64,000 bases of DNA. It comes from Halioglobus sp. (GTDB lineage: Bacteria; Pseudomonadota; Gammaproteobacteria; Pseudomonadales; Halieaceae). Below are positions 47,823-58,079 of this stretch, piece by piece. Location of the stretch: NCBI GenBank assembly GCA_047611225.1, contig JBLFWP010000003.1:88583-152582 (forward strand). The letters are read 5' to 3'. The notes under the pieces were generated by a model. It saw nothing but the letters and a program-made list of their open reading frames with translations, had not been told where the DNA came from and made no database searches. The position numbers were made by a program, and so were the translations under genes. Every line of letters starts with the position of its first letter. Positions within the stretch are counted from its first letter, which is position 1.

Positions 47823-48995
47823 TCATTGCACCTCGATTTTTCGGGTCTCGGCAGCTGCGCGATGGCGCTCGCTACGGCCGGTGCGATCCACTACATCTCC
47901 CACCAACTGACCACAGGCAGCGTCAATATCATCGCCGCGAGTAGTCCTGACGGTAACAATATAGCCCGCATCGACTAACACTTGCCAGAAGCGAGACACC
48001 GCATTTCCGCTGGGCCGGACATATTCAGACTGAGCGAAACTATTGAAGGGGATCAGGTTGATTTTACAGGGCACATCCCGCAGTAATTCAGCCAGTTCTC
48101 GCGCCTGATCAACCTGGTCATTAACGCCCGCTATCAGTGTGTACTCGATAGTCACCACGCGGCTTTTGTCACTTTGTGCTGCCATGTAGTTGCGGCAACT
48201 TTCCAGCAGCACCGCAATGGGATACTTCCGGTTGATGGGCACCAGCTGACTGCGCAATTCATCGTTGGGAGCATGCAATGACACTGCCAGCGACACCTCG
48301 CTCACCTTAGCCAGTTTATCCAAAGCGGGAACGACACCTGAGGTACTCAGCGTAACCCGGCGTTTGGATAAGCCATACGCCAGATCTTCCAGCATCAAAT
48401 CCATGGCCGACACCACATTGTCAAAATTCAGTAGCGGCTCTCCCATACCCATCATTACCACGTTGGTAACTATGCGTCCGTTGCCAGGCTGGAAAGCATC
48501 ATAAGATTTAATCGCCAACCACACCTGACCGATAATTTCTGCGGCCGTTAGATCCCGCTGAAAACCCTGCTTACCCGTAGAGCAAAAACTGCAATCAAGG
48601 CTACAGCCGACCTGTGAAGAAACGCACAGAGTAGCGCGCTTACCTGCAGGGATCAGAACTGTCTCTACCAGCCCTCCTCCTTCAACGCGAACAACCCATT
48701 TGCGTGTGCCATCGCTGGAATCATGCTGCGTAACAATCTCTGGCGGGCGAACCTCGGCAATGTCCGCGAGCTTTTCTCGCAGGACCTTACCCAGATTTGT
48801 CATCTCCTCGATCTCAAGAACGCCCGCGTGGTGAATCCATTTGAGCACTTGCTGTGCCCGAAACTTCTTCTCCCCCAACTCAAGGAAATATTCTTCCATC
48901 TGCAACCGAGACAATCCCATAAGGTTAACTTTCGTCACCTTTGATTTCGGGTCGGCCGATTCCATCTGGGCCGGGCTATTGGCTAGAGCAGTCAT
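47823..48995 (-). CDS. rlmN: Dual rRNA/tRNA m2A methyltransferase
   Basis: [24 protein letters not shown]. Confidence 0.97.
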   Translation of the reverse strand: MTALANSPAQMESADPKSKVTKVNLMGLSRLQMEEYFLELGEKKFRAQQVLKWIHHAGVLEIEEMTNLGKVLREKLADIAEVRPPEIVTQHDSSDGTRKWVVRVEGGGLVETVLIPAGKRATLCVSSQVGCSLDCSFCSTGKQGFQRDLTAAEIIGQVWLAIKSYDAFQPGNGRIVTNVVMMGMGEPLLNFDNVVSAMDLMLEDLAYGLSKRRVTLSTSGVVPALDKLAKVSEVSLAVSLHAPNDELRSQLVPINRKYPIAVLLESCRNYMAAQSDKSRVVTIEYTLIAGVNDQVDQARELAELLRDVPCKINLIPFNSFAQSEYVRPSGNAVSRFWQVLVDAGYIVTVRTTRGDDIDAACGQLVGDVVDRTGRSERHRAAAETRKIEVQ

Positions 48996-49018
48996 TGGTC
49001 AGAGACGGGCGCTTTTAA

Positions 49019-49444
49019 CTAGCGCTCGCAGAGTTCACTTGCTTCAAAGAAATAGGCGATTTCACGCGCGGCAGATTCGGGGGAATCAGAACCGTGTACC
49101 GCATTAGCATCAATAGATGATGCGAAATCCGCGCGAATAGTGCCTTCAGCAGCTTCGGCCGGGTTAGTAGCACCCATCAATTCGCGGTTTTTGGCGATAG
49201 CACCCTCGCCTTCGAGCACCTGAACGACCACTGGGCCGGATGTCATAAACTCGATCAAGGCTCCAAAGAACGGCCGACCTTCGTGTTCAGCGTAAAAACC
49301 ACCTGCAACTTCGTTACTCAGGCGCACCATCTTGGATGCCACAATTTGCAAACCATTGGTCTCAAAGCGGGAATAAATTTTGCCAACAATGTTCTTGGCA
49401 ACAGCGTCTGGCTTGATAATCGACAGGGTACGTTCAACGGCCAT
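49019..49444 (-). CDS. ndk: Nucleoside diphosphate kinase
   Basis: [20 protein letters not shown]; start at MAVERT with GGAG SD. Confidence 0.97.
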   Translation of the reverse strand: MAVERTLSIIKPDAVAKNIVGKIYSRFETNGLQIVASKMVRLSNEVAGGFYAEHEGRPFFGALIEFMTSGPVVVQVLEGEGAIAKNRELMGATNPAEAAEGTIRADFASSIDANAVHGSDSPESAAREIAYFFEASELCER

Positions 49445-49750
49445 GGTGATCTCCATAATGGGTAGATATAAGAAGCGCGCAATTATACGGATTTTGGCCC
49501 ACTCTTTCACCTGCAATGGCAACCAGAGGCGAGTTTCTTTTTCTTTCAAATCAGATAGTTATAAGCCGGTACCGCAATTGGGCAAATTTCCGCCAGATTC
49601 GGTCCATGAAGAAGGGGATTAGCAGGTTAAACCTGACCCGCTGGAGGGGCTCTATGGTGTTATTGGGCCAGATACCCGGGCTTGGAATCCTCGGCTTGAG
49701 CCTCAATAAAGACCCCGGCCGCGCACAGAAGGCGCCGAAGCAGGGAATGA

Positions 49751-49945
49751 CTAGTCGAGTTCCTCTATCCAGCCTGCCTGAATAGCCTCTAAAATCTTCT
49801 CGCCGCAGTGGTCGGGATCATCGTCGAAGTCTGGCAGTGCCAACACCCAGTTGCGCAAATTGACAAAGTTCAATGACAAAGGGTCCACGTCCGGATGGGC
49901 CTCCATCAATTCGATGGCTATATCGTTAATATCTGTCCAGCGCAT
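49751..49945 (-). CDS. iscX: Fe-S assembly protein IscX
   Basis: MRWTDINDIAIEL...EKILEAIQ..WIEE. Confidence 0.95.
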   Translation of the reverse strand: MRWTDINDIAIELMEAHPDVDPLSLNFVNLRNWVLALPDFDDDPDHCGEKILEAIQAGWIEELD

Positions 49946-49957
49946 GAGAGTGCTCTC

Positions 49958-49999
49958 CTAGTGTTGCTCTGAAACTATTTAATGCTGCTCTGAAACCAT
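49958..49999 (-). repeat. 21-bp tandem duplication of the fdx 3' end
   Basis: ATGGTTTCAGAGCAGCATTAA followed directly by ATAGTTTCAGAGCAACACTAG. Confidence 0.85.
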
Positions 50000-50317
50000 A
50001 TTGATTGTGTAGCGAGGTATTTCGACCACTAAGTCTTCATCAGCTACTATCGCCTGGCAGCTGAGCCGAGAATCCGGTTCTAAACCCCAGGCCATGTCCA
50101 GATAATCGTCTTCCAGCTCATCGGGGTCGGCCAAAGAATTATAGCCCTCGCGAACGACAACATGGCAAGTTGTACACGCGCAGGACAACTCACAGGCATG
50201 CTCTATTTCAATGTCATTGCGCAGCAAGGCGCGGCAGACACTCTCCCCCGGCTCGGCTTCAATCACTGCACCCTCGGGGCACAGGTTCTCATTGGGTAGC
50301 ACTACAATCCGGGTCAT
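49979..50317 (-). CDS. fdx: ISC 2Fe-2S ferredoxin
   Basis: [20 protein letters not shown]. Confidence 0.96.
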   Translation of the reverse strand: MTRIVVLPNENLCPEGAVIEAEPGESVCRALLRNDIEIEHACELSCACTTCHVVVREGYNSLADPDELEDDYLDMAWGLEPDSRLSCQAIVADEDLVVEIPRYTINMVSEQH

Positions 50318-52197
50318 TCCATTACCTCATTAGTCAGCGAATCTAGCGACCTTCCTGCCAGTGCCTCGCGGATACTCTTGTCCATACGCTTAGAGGCAAA
50401 CGCCTCGCTCTCCCTGCCAAGGGCATCCGTATTCTGGCGAATGGCATCAACATCATCACTTTCAAGCAGTGCCTGCAGCTGCCCCATTTTTGATGCTATT
50501 GCGTCCTGTTCAGCTGGCTCCAGCAACGCTTCACCATCAGCTAAAAGTGCAGCATTCAATCCGTCCAGCAGTTGCCAGGCAGCAACCCTGTGCTCTGCCA
50601 ATTGTCGCGCCAGCTTGTCTTCCCCAGCGTGGCTGAAAGAGGCCAGTAACATTTCTGCTATTTCATCGTCATCGAGCCCGAAGGACGGCTTAACCGTGAT
50701 GTTAGCTTCCGCACCCGTACTCTCTTCTTTGGCGGTGACATTGAGGAGTCCGTCAGCATCCACCTGGAAAATCACTTGAATGCGAGCGGCGCCTGCCACC
50801 ATAGAAGGGATGCCTCGCAGCTCGAAACGTGCCAGCGAACGAGTATCGCTCACCAGCTCTCGCTCGCCCTGTAAAATATGGACGGCAAGCGCTGTCTGCC
50901 CATCCTTGTAGGTTGTGAATTCCTGCGCGCGACTGACAGGAATAGTTGTATTGCGCGGCACTATTTTTTCGACTAAGCCACCCATCGTTTCAATGCCAAG
51001 GGACAGAGGTATGACATCCAGCAGTAGCAGATCGCCCTCTGGTCGATTGCCCACCAGAATATCTGCCTGTATCGCAGCTCCAATCGCCACAACTTCATCA
51101 GGGTCAATATCGACTAGAGGCTGTTTTTCGAAGAATTCCGCCACCGCCTCACGCACCAGCGGAACACGGGTGGACCCACCTACCATGACAATGTTATCTA
51201 TACTCTCATCCAGCTCAGCATCGCGTAAACAGCGACGGCAGGCTCGCAGGGTTTGCTTTACCAGAGGTTGAATCAAGTTTTCGAAGTCGGAACGAGTCAG
51301 TGTAATCACTCCGCCGCCCGGCAGAATTTCGGACAGGTCGATCTCAACCGAGACTACATCTGACAGCCTTTCTTTAGCCGCTCTAGCGGCAGCCTGTAGT
51401 TTGCGATGAGCGCCTGCCTCAAGGTCTACTGCTCCAGACGCCTGCAACAACCAGTCTGCCACTGCCGCATCAAAATCGTCACCACCCAATGCGGTATCAC
51501 CACCGGTGGCCAGCACTTCGAAAACCCCGCGGTGCAGACGCAAGATAGAAATATCGAAAGTGCCACCACCGAGGTCATAAACAGCGATCACGCCCTGCTC
51601 TGCCGAGTCCAATCCGTAAGCAACTGCGGCTGCCGTCGGCTCGTTGAGCAAGCGCAAAACGTTTATGCCAGCAATGGTCGCTGCATCTTTCGTTGCCTGA
51701 CGCTGGGCTTCATCAAAATAGGCCGGCACAGTAATAACAGCACCATCAATATCACCCCCAAGCGTGGACACAGCTCGCGCGTGTAGGGTACGAAGAATTT
51801 CTGCAGAGGCTTCAACCGGGCTTATTTCACCGCCGCTGGTAAGGAAACGCACCATACCTTCATCGCCTGCGGCGAGTTGGTAATGAGAGCGTTCAGCATC
51901 TGCCACCACATCGGCTTTGCCGCGGCCCATGAAACGTTTTACTGAGACCAGAGTATCCGCCGGAGCAGTCGCCGCTAGCTCCATGGCTTTTACACCTACC
52001 AGTGGAGAACGTGAATCGCTGTAATTGATCACCGAGGGAAGCATCGCAGCACCACCTTCATCAGGCAGGACTGACGCCCTGCCCCCGCGTACAGTCGCGA
52101 CCAGCGAATTGGTTGTCCCGAGATCAATTCCCACAGCACGTTTTACCTGGTGCGGCAGAGGAGATTGCCCTGGTTCGGCGATTTGCAGTAATGCCAT
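50314..52197 (-). CDS. hscA: Fe-S chaperone HscA
   Basis: [19 protein letters not shown], Hsp70 motifs, isc context. Confidence 0.96.
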   Translation of the reverse strand: MALLQIAEPGQSPLPHQVKRAVGIDLGTTNSLVATVRGGRASVLPDEGGAAMLPSVINYSDSRSPLVGVKAMELAATAPADTLVSVKRFMGRGKADVVADAERSHYQLAAGDEGMVRFLTSGGEISPVEASAEILRTLHARAVSTLGGDIDGAVITVPAYFDEAQRQATKDAATIAGINVLRLLNEPTAAAVAYGLDSAEQGVIAVYDLGGGTFDISILRLHRGVFEVLATGGDTALGGDDFDAAVADWLLQASGAVDLEAGAHRKLQAAARAAKERLSDVVSVEIDLSEILPGGGVITLTRSDFENLIQPLVKQTLRACRRCLRDAELDESIDNIVMVGGSTRVPLVREAVAEFFEKQPLVDIDPDEVVAIGAAIQADILVGNRPEGDLLLLDVIPLSLGIETMGGLVEKIVPRNTTIPVSRAQEFTTYKDGQTALAVHILQGERELVSDTRSLARFELRGIPSMVAGAARIQVIFQVDADGLLNVTAKEESTGAEANITVKPSFGLDDDEIAEMLLASFSHAGEDKLARQLAEHRVAAWQLLDGLNAALLADGEALLEPAEQDAIASKMGQLQALLESDDVDAIRQNTDALGRESEAFASKRMDKSIREALAGRSLDSLTNEVME

Positions 52198-52209
52198 ACG
52201 AGCTGCGGC

Positions 52210-52749
52210 CTATTTTTCCATTAAATCTGATTCGATCTGTTCAGCTTCGAACAATAATTTATCCAGGTATTGCATCTTGACGCCGGTTACTGCTGCCGCG
52301 GATATATCATTACTAGCGTAGGTCTCAGAGAACTGGGTTTGCAGCTGCTTAATGTCATCTCGAATTTCAACGACCAAATGATCCAGTGCAGTATCCGGAT
52401 CGACCATGCCGGGAATAGCTTCCAGCTTCTCTCGCAATTCTATTTGTAACATCAAAAAACCGCCATCTATCTGTTGGCGAGAGATTTCTTCATCGCTCAG
52501 GCCCGCCAATCGCAGGAGGTAAAGCGCTCTATCAAGCGGCTTGCGCAGCGTTGCATAGGCTTCATTCACAAGAGCCGAGTATTGCACCGCTATTCTTTGT
52601 TCTTGAGCCGAGCCATTAGCGTATCGATCAGGGTGCAATTCACCCTGCAACTGCCGGTACCGAGCACCGAGATGTGCCTGATCCACTGCAAAGCCCAGCG
52701 GCAGGTCAAATAACGCGTAGTAGTTTTGTTGGAAGTCTGGAGAAGGCAT
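52210..52749 (-). CDS. hscB: Co-chaperone HscB
   Basis: J-domain HPD, NEAY.TL..P..RA.YLL. Confidence 0.95.
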   Translation of the reverse strand: MPSPDFQQNYYALFDLPLGFAVDQAHLGARYRQLQGELHPDRYANGSAQEQRIAVQYSALVNEAYATLRKPLDRALYLLRLAGLSDEEISRQQIDGGFLMLQIELREKLEAIPGMVDPDTALDHLVVEIRDDIKQLQTQFSETYASNDISAAAVTGVKMQYLDKLLFEAEQIESDLMEK

Positions 52750-52775
52750 GGCCGAGGGGGATTGCACCGCCGCAG

Positions 52776-53099
52776 CTACACGGTGAAGCTTTCCCCACAA
52801 CCGCATTCGGCGGAAACGTTGGGGTTGCGGAACTGCAGGCCTTCATTCAAGCCCTCGCGCACGAAGTCCAGCTCCGTACCCTCGAGATAGACCATGCTCT
52901 TGGGATCGATATACACTTTTACACCAAATCCTTCGAACATTTCGTCCTCTGCTTTCTCCTCATCGACAAATTCCAGCACGTAAGCCATACCGGAACAGCC
53001 TGAAGTGGTAACTCCCAAACGGATACCCAGGCCCTTGCCGCGGGAAGCTAACTGCCCCGCCACATGGCTGGCTGCGGATTCGGTGAGAGAAACACCCAT
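52776..53099 (-). CDS. iscA: IscA
   Basis: GCSGMAY, CGCGESF. Confidence 0.96.
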   Translation of the reverse strand: MGVSLTESAASHVAGQLASRGKGLGIRLGVTTSGCSGMAYVLEFVDEEKAEDEMFEGFGVKVYIDPKSMVYLEGTELDFVREGLNEGLQFRNPNVSAECGCGESFTV

Positions 53100-53100
53100 C

Positions 53101-53487
53101 CTAGCTCTCTCCTCGCTTATCACGCAGATCTTTTACAGCTGCTTTGATAGCGTCTTCGGCGAGTACCGAGCAGTGAATCTTAACGGGCGGCAACGCCAGC
53201 TCTTCAGCAATTTCTGTGTTGCGAATCGCTGCTGCTTCATCAAGGCTCTTGCCCTTAACCCATTCGGTTAAAAGAGAGCTCGAAGCAATGGCTGAACCGC
53301 AGCCATAGGTTTTGAACTTGGCATCTTCAATGACACCATCGTCATTCACTTTAATTTGCAGACGCATCACGTCGCCGCAAGCAGGTGCACCAACCATACC
53401 GGTGCCGACACTTTCGTCATCGGCATCCATCTTGCCTACGTTGCGTGGGTTTTCGTAGTGGTCCAGTACTTTGTCACTGTATGCCAT
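53101..53487 (-). CDS. iscU: IscU scaffold
   Basis: [18 protein letters not shown]. Confidence 0.97.
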   Translation of the reverse strand: MAYSDKVLDHYENPRNVGKMDADDESVGTGMVGAPACGDVMRLQIKVNDDGVIEDAKFKTYGCGSAIASSSLLTEWVKGKSLDEAAAIRNTEIAEELALPPVKIHCSVLAEDAIKAAVKDLRDKRGES

Positions 53488-53508
53488 GTCTTCTTCCTCC
53501 AGTTATTT

Positions 53509-54723
53509 CTAGTGAGCTGCCCATTCGATACTGTCCAGATCAATTCCATCCTGGTACATATCCCACAGGGGAGACAGCTCTCGCAGTTTTACTACCGCTT
53601 CTCGTAATTGTTCTACTGCTCTATCAACATCTTCAACCGTAGTAAAACGACCAAAGCTAAATCTTAGTGAGCTGTGAGCCAACTCATCATTCAATCCCAG
53701 CGCTCTGAGAACATAAGAGGGCTCCAGACTTGCTGATGTACACGCCGAGCCACTGGACACCGCCAGATCTTTAAGCGACATGATCAGAGACTCACCTTCA
53801 ACGAAGGCAATACTCACGTTAATTGCGCCAGGCAGGTGCTTATCAACATCACCGTTGATGTGAACCTCTTCGATGTCCTTAATGCCATCCCAGAAGTGCT
53901 GTCGCAAAGCTGACACGTGGATCGCCTCATCGGCCATGCCTTCTTTGGCAACGTGCGCAGCCTCGCCCATTCCAACAATTTGGTGCGTAGCCAGTGTGCC
54001 TGAACGCATACCACGCTCATGGCCACCGCCATGCATTTGCGCTTCTAAACGCACACGCGGCTTGCGGCGCACAAACAGCACGCCAATTCCTTTAGGACCG
54101 TACATCTTATGGCCAGACATCGACAACAAATCTACTTTCATTGTCTCCATGTCGATTTCTACTTTGCCTGCACTCTGTGCAGCGTCCACATGAAACAACA
54201 CACCTGCATTGCGCGTCACTTCACCAATACCCGCGATATCGTTGACGGTACCAATCTCATTATTAGCATGCATGATGCTAACCAAAATCGTGTCTTCACG
54301 CAGCGCGCCTGCAACAGCCTCTGGACTGACCAGACCGTTACTGGCGGGGTCAAGATATGTCACCTCAAAACCCTCGCGCTCCAAATGGCGACAAGTATCC
54401 AATACAGCCTTGTGCTCTATCTTGGAGGTGATGATGTGCTTGCCCTTTTTCTGATAGAAATGGGCCACCCCTTTTATTGCAAGGTTATCTGACTCAGTAG
54501 CGCCTGAGGTCCAAACGATTTCCCGTGGGTCCGCATTGATTAAATCGGCAATCTGGCCGCGGGCTTTTTCCACAGCCTCTTCAGCCTTCCACCCATACAG
54601 GTGAGAACGGGAAGCGGGATTACCAAAATTCCCTTCCATCGAAAGGCAGTGAATCATCTTCTCTGCCACACGAGGGTCGACCGGAGTGGTCGCTAAATAG
54701 TCAAAATAAATCGGTTTTTCCAT
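53509..54723 (-). CDS. iscS: Cysteine desulfurase
   Basis: [26 protein letters not shown]. Confidence 0.97.
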   Translation of the reverse strand: MEKPIYFDYLATTPVDPRVAEKMIHCLSMEGNFGNPASRSHLYGWKAEEAVEKARGQIADLINADPREIVWTSGATESDNLAIKGVAHFYQKKGKHIITSKIEHKAVLDTCRHLEREGFEVTYLDPASNGLVSPEAVAGALREDTILVSIMHANNEIGTVNDIAGIGEVTRNAGVLFHVDAAQSAGKVEIDMETMKVDLLSMSGHKMYGPKGIGVLFVRRKPRVRLEAQMHGGGHERGMRSGTLATHQIVGMGEAAHVAKEGMADEAIHVSALRQHFWDGIKDIEEVHINGDVDKHLPGAINVSIAFVEGESLIMSLKDLAVSSGSACTSASLEPSYVLRALGLNDELAHSSLRFSFGRFTTVEDVDRAVEQLREAVVKLRELSPLWDMYQDGIDLDSIEWAAH

Positions 54724-54759
54724 GCTTCGTAATGCTCCGCTTAGTCGCTCGTCAACCGG

Positions 54760-55233
54760 CTAAATTTCGGTCAGGGCCAGTGGCACGACCTCTTGACCGC
54801 GCGCATCCTGGCGCGCTGATATGCTTTGTACTTCCCGTCGCTCTACCAGATTAGACAAACTGATTCCGCTGAGGAAGTTATGTATCTGATCGCTCAGGTC
54901 ACTCCACAAGTGATGTGTCAGGCAGACTTCGCCCTGCTGACAGTCTGCAGTACCGCCACAACCGGTGGCATCTACTGTTTCATTGACTGCGTCGATGATC
55001 TGCGCCACGAATATTTCATGTCCACCTCGGCTGAGACGATATCCACCGCCTGGCCCGCGAACACTGCTCACCAGATCATTGCGGCGCAATTTGGAAAATA
55101 GCTGTTCCAGATAGGACAAGGAGATGTCTTGTCGCCCGGATATATCCGCGAGACTGACAGGACGATCCGACCCATGCAGGGCTAGATCCAGCATCGCGGT
55201 AACCGCATACCTTCCTTTTGTCGTAAGTCGCAC
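54760..55233 (-). CDS. iscR: Fe-S cluster regulator IscR
   Basis: [18 protein letters not shown], three Cys plus CLTHHLW. Confidence 0.96.
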   Translation of the reverse strand: MRLTTKGRYAVTAMLDLALHGSDRPVSLADISGRQDISLSYLEQLFSKLRRNDLVSSVRGPGGGYRLSRGGHEIFVAQIIDAVNETVDATGCGGTADCQQGEVCLTHHLWSDLSDQIHNFLSGISLSNLVERREVQSISARQDARGQEVVPLALTEI

Positions 55234-55269
55234 AGCTCACCTCCGGCTTATACAGGTTTTTAGTATGCA

Positions 55270-55319
55270 ATAACCTAGTAATTTGGTCAACTATAAAACC
55301 TACTAAAATAGTCGGGTAT
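55270..55319 (-). promoter_or_regulatory. Tandem type-1 IscR sites overlapping the isc promoter
   Basis: ATACCCGACTATTTTAGTAGGTTTT and ATAGTTGACCAAATTACTAGGTTAT; -35 TTGACC, -10 CATACT. Confidence 0.85.
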
Positions 55320-55327
55320 AGCCTCTT

Positions 55328-56077
55328 CTAATTACCTTTTTTTAGCCCCTTTTTGACCCATTTCTGGGTCTCAGTGAGGACTCCCCGTAGAATATTGAGT
55401 TCCATCTCATCCAGCCGAACCCTGCCGTACAAGCGGCGTAGACGGGACATCAGCTGTCGCGGAGCGGCAGGATCCAGGAACTCTATATCAATCAGGGTTT
55501 CCTCAAGGTGAGTATAGAAGCGCTCCATATTTTCGCGAGTACTGGGAGGTGCGTCCCATTCCTGATCCTCCAAAACAGGGAGGTCATTTATGGCCAACAC
55601 CATCTGTAGCTCGTAACAGACAATCTGTACCGCCATCGCCAGATTGAGAGAACTGTATGCCTGGGCAGTGGGCACGGTGAGGTGCAAATTACACACTTTT
55701 AACTCGTCGTTGGTGAGCCCCCTGTCCTCCCGGCCAAATAACACGGCCACTTGTTCATTGGTGGACGAACGGGCTATGCGCTGCGCGCACTTTCGCGGAT
55801 CCAGCTGCGGCCATGGAATACGCCGCTCCCTTGCACTGGTGCCCACTACAAACTGGCAATCACTTATCGCCTCCTCTAGTGTTGAGCTGATGATTGCATT
55901 TTCCAGAATATCGCCCGCAGATGCTGCTCGCCAGTCGGCCTGTTCATCCGGGTATTGCTTCGGCTCAACCAGGTACAACCGCGTAAGACCCATATTTTTC
56001 ATGGCTCTAGCGACACCACCGATATTGCCGGGGTGGCTGGTGTTTACCAGTACGATGCGAATATTGTCGAGGTTCAT
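55328..56077 (-). CDS. trmJ: tRNA (C32/U32-2'-O) methyltransferase
   Basis: SHPGNIG..ARAMKNMG, FGREDRGLTN, SSLNLA. Confidence 0.93.
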   Translation of the reverse strand: MNLDNIRIVLVNTSHPGNIGGVARAMKNMGLTRLYLVEPKQYPDEQADWRAASAGDILENAIISSTLEEAISDCQFVVGTSARERRIPWPQLDPRKCAQRIARSSTNEQVAVLFGREDRGLTNDELKVCNLHLTVPTAQAYSSLNLAMAVQIVCYELQMVLAINDLPVLEDQEWDAPPSTRENMERFYTHLEETLIDIEFLDPAAPRQLMSRLRRLYGRVRLDEMELNILRGVLTETQKWVKKGLKKGN

Positions 56078-56236
56078 AGGAGGTAGCACTAGGCGAGGAG
56101 AATTAAAGGTGTGTACATTTGCGCGCCCGTTTAGCTCAGTTCGCGCGGTTATTTACCTGTCACTTTTTCAATGACCTTGTTTCAACAAGGTACCTAACCA
56201 TCCTCAGGAGGCCAAGCTTAAGTGACAAAAAGGCCC

Positions 56237-57031
56237 TTAAGCCAGTAGCGGCTTAACAGCCTGCAATACCGCCTTGAAACATTTGGGGCTACCGCAAACA
56301 ATGTTGCCTGACGCGAGGAAGTTATCCGAAGCATCTATATCTGACACAAGGCCACCGGCTTCGCGAATTAACAGAGCACCTGCCGCGATATCCCACTGGG
56401 CCAGGCCAATTTCCCAAAAAGCATCCAAACGACCCGCAGCCACGTAAGCCAAGTCAAGAGAAGCTGCCCCAGCACGACGTATTCCGGCGCTCTGCGAGGC
56501 CAATACTTCAATCGACTTGCTATAGGCTTCTAATTTGTCATCGCAATGATTCTTAAACGGTATGCCGGTGCCCAATAGTGCCCCATCGAGGCTGGGGAGG
56601 CTGCTCACACGTATTCTGTGGCCGTTGAGCTGTGCACCGCGACCGCGAGAGGCTGTAAATTCTTCGCGTCGAACCGGGTCAACAATAACGGCGTGCTCCA
56701 ACTTTCCCCTGTACGTACAGGCTATCGAAACGGCGTAGTGCGGAATACCCCGAATAAAGTTGGTAGTGCCGTCCAGAGGGTCAACAATCCAGCAATATTC
56801 TGCGTCTTCACTACCGGTAAGGCCTGATTCTTCGCCCAGTATGGCGTGGTCGGGATAGGCTTTCTGCAAATGATAGATGATTTCCTGCTCGGCATTAATA
56901 TCAACTTCAGTCACAAAGTTGTTAACACCCTTCGCCTTTACCTCAAAGCGATGAAGATCATCAGAGGCGCGCACAATGTTCTCACCGGCCTTGCGGGCGG
57001 CGCGCAGCGCTATGTTGATCATCGGTTCCAT
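56237..57031 (-). CDS. suhB: Inositol monophosphatase / Nus factor SuhB
   Basis: WIVDPLDGTTNF, WDIAAG. Confidence 0.95.
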   Translation of the reverse strand: MEPMINIALRAARKAGENIVRASDDLHRFEVKAKGVNNFVTEVDINAEQEIIYHLQKAYPDHAILGEESGLTGSEDAEYCWIVDPLDGTTNFIRGIPHYAVSIACTYRGKLEHAVIVDPVRREEFTASRGRGAQLNGHRIRVSSLPSLDGALLGTGIPFKNHCDDKLEAYSKSIEVLASQSAGIRRAGAASLDLAYVAAGRLDAFWEIGLAQWDIAAGALLIREAGGLVSDIDASDNFLASGNIVCGSPKCFKAVLQAVKPLLA

Positions 57032-57063
57032 GTGGTATTCCTGAGCGGTAGCCGTGGGGCGCG

Positions 57064-57075
57064 CGATTATAGCAG
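57064..57075 (-). promoter_or_regulatory. Extended -10 promoter of suhB
   Basis: TGCTATAAT followed by GC-rich discriminator CGCGCGCCCC. Confidence 0.6.
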
Positions 57076-57136
57076 CATCTATTGAAAAGAGTTACAGGAT
57101 TGGGCTAGCCAACAAAAGGGGTTATACCAGCCAACG

Positions 57137-58051
57137 CTAGGGCGTCAAATCTTCTTGCTCGGCTCCTTCCTTGAGAGGGATGAGCAAATCTTCCTTGCTC
57201 ACACCCATCATCAGCATGGCATTGGCCGCCACGTAAATCGAAGAATAGGTTCCAATAGCCACCCCGACGATCAGTGCAACTGCGAAACCGTTAATAATTT
57301 CGCCACCCAAGAGGGCCAGCGCACCTAGCACCAATAATGTAGTAAATGAGGTTACCAAGGTTCTACCGAGAGTTTCGGTAAGCGAAATGTTGACCACCTC
57401 GATGGGGTCTGAACGCCTGATCTTGCGGAAGTTCTCGCGAATACGGTCTGACACAACAATCGTGTCATTGAGAGAGTAACCAATCACCGCCAGTAGCGCT
57501 GCCAACACGGTCAGATCAAACTCCATCCCCAAAATTGAAAAGAAACCCAGAACGATGATCACGTCGTGCACCAGTGCGATGACAGCGCCCACCGCAAACT
57601 TGAACTGAAAACGGAAGGCGATATAGAGCATCACCAAACCCAGCGCCAGTAACATCGCCAAGCCACCCTGCTCTCGCAGCTCATCGCCGACTTGCGGCCC
57701 TACAAATTCGTTGCGGCGCAACTCCACTTTGCCATCGTAGGCTCCCTGGAGAATACCCATCAACTCATTGCCCTGCTGATCAGAATAGCCTTTCGGCAAA
57801 CGGATCAGCACATCCTTGTCGCTACCAAAGCTGACTACGCTAGCACCGCCGTAGCCCTCACTCTCCAGCGTTGCGCGAACGGCCTTGAGATTAGCGCTCT
57901 CGCTGTAATGAACTTCCACCAGTGTGCCACCGGTAAAGTCCAGTCCCCAATTAAGTTGACTGGTCGTCAGTGACCCGATAGATGCTATCAATAACACCGC
58001 TGAAAACAGCAGCGCAAGCTTGCGCTGACCCATAAAATTTATCGTTTTCAT
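57137..58051 (-). CDS. secF: Protein translocase subunit SecF
   Basis: GLDFTGG, GYSLNDTIVV.DRIRE, GTYSSI. Confidence 0.97.
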   Translation of the reverse strand: MKTINFMGQRKLALLFSAVLLIASIGSLTTSQLNWGLDFTGGTLVEVHYSESANLKAVRATLESEGYGGASVVSFGSDKDVLIRLPKGYSDQQGNELMGILQGAYDGKVELRRNEFVGPQVGDELREQGGLAMLLALGLVMLYIAFRFQFKFAVGAVIALVHDVIIVLGFFSILGMEFDLTVLAALLAVIGYSLNDTIVVSDRIRENFRKIRRSDPIEVVNISLTETLGRTLVTSFTTLLVLGALALLGGEIINGFAVALIVGVAIGTYSSIYVAANAMLMMGVSKEDLLIPLKEGAEQEDLTP

Positions 58052-58079
58052 GATCTGTATCCTGTTGAGCGCGATTGCA

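Noticed and set aside
56125-56142. GCCCGTTTAGCTCAGTT resembles a tRNA 5' end
   Set aside because: No D-loop GG, anticodon arm, TTCGA T-loop or complementary acceptor strand follows
57032-57136. Autoregulatory boxA in the suhB leader
   Set aside because: The only similar string (ACTCTTTTCAA on the minus strand) lies upstream of the predicted -10 and matches poorly
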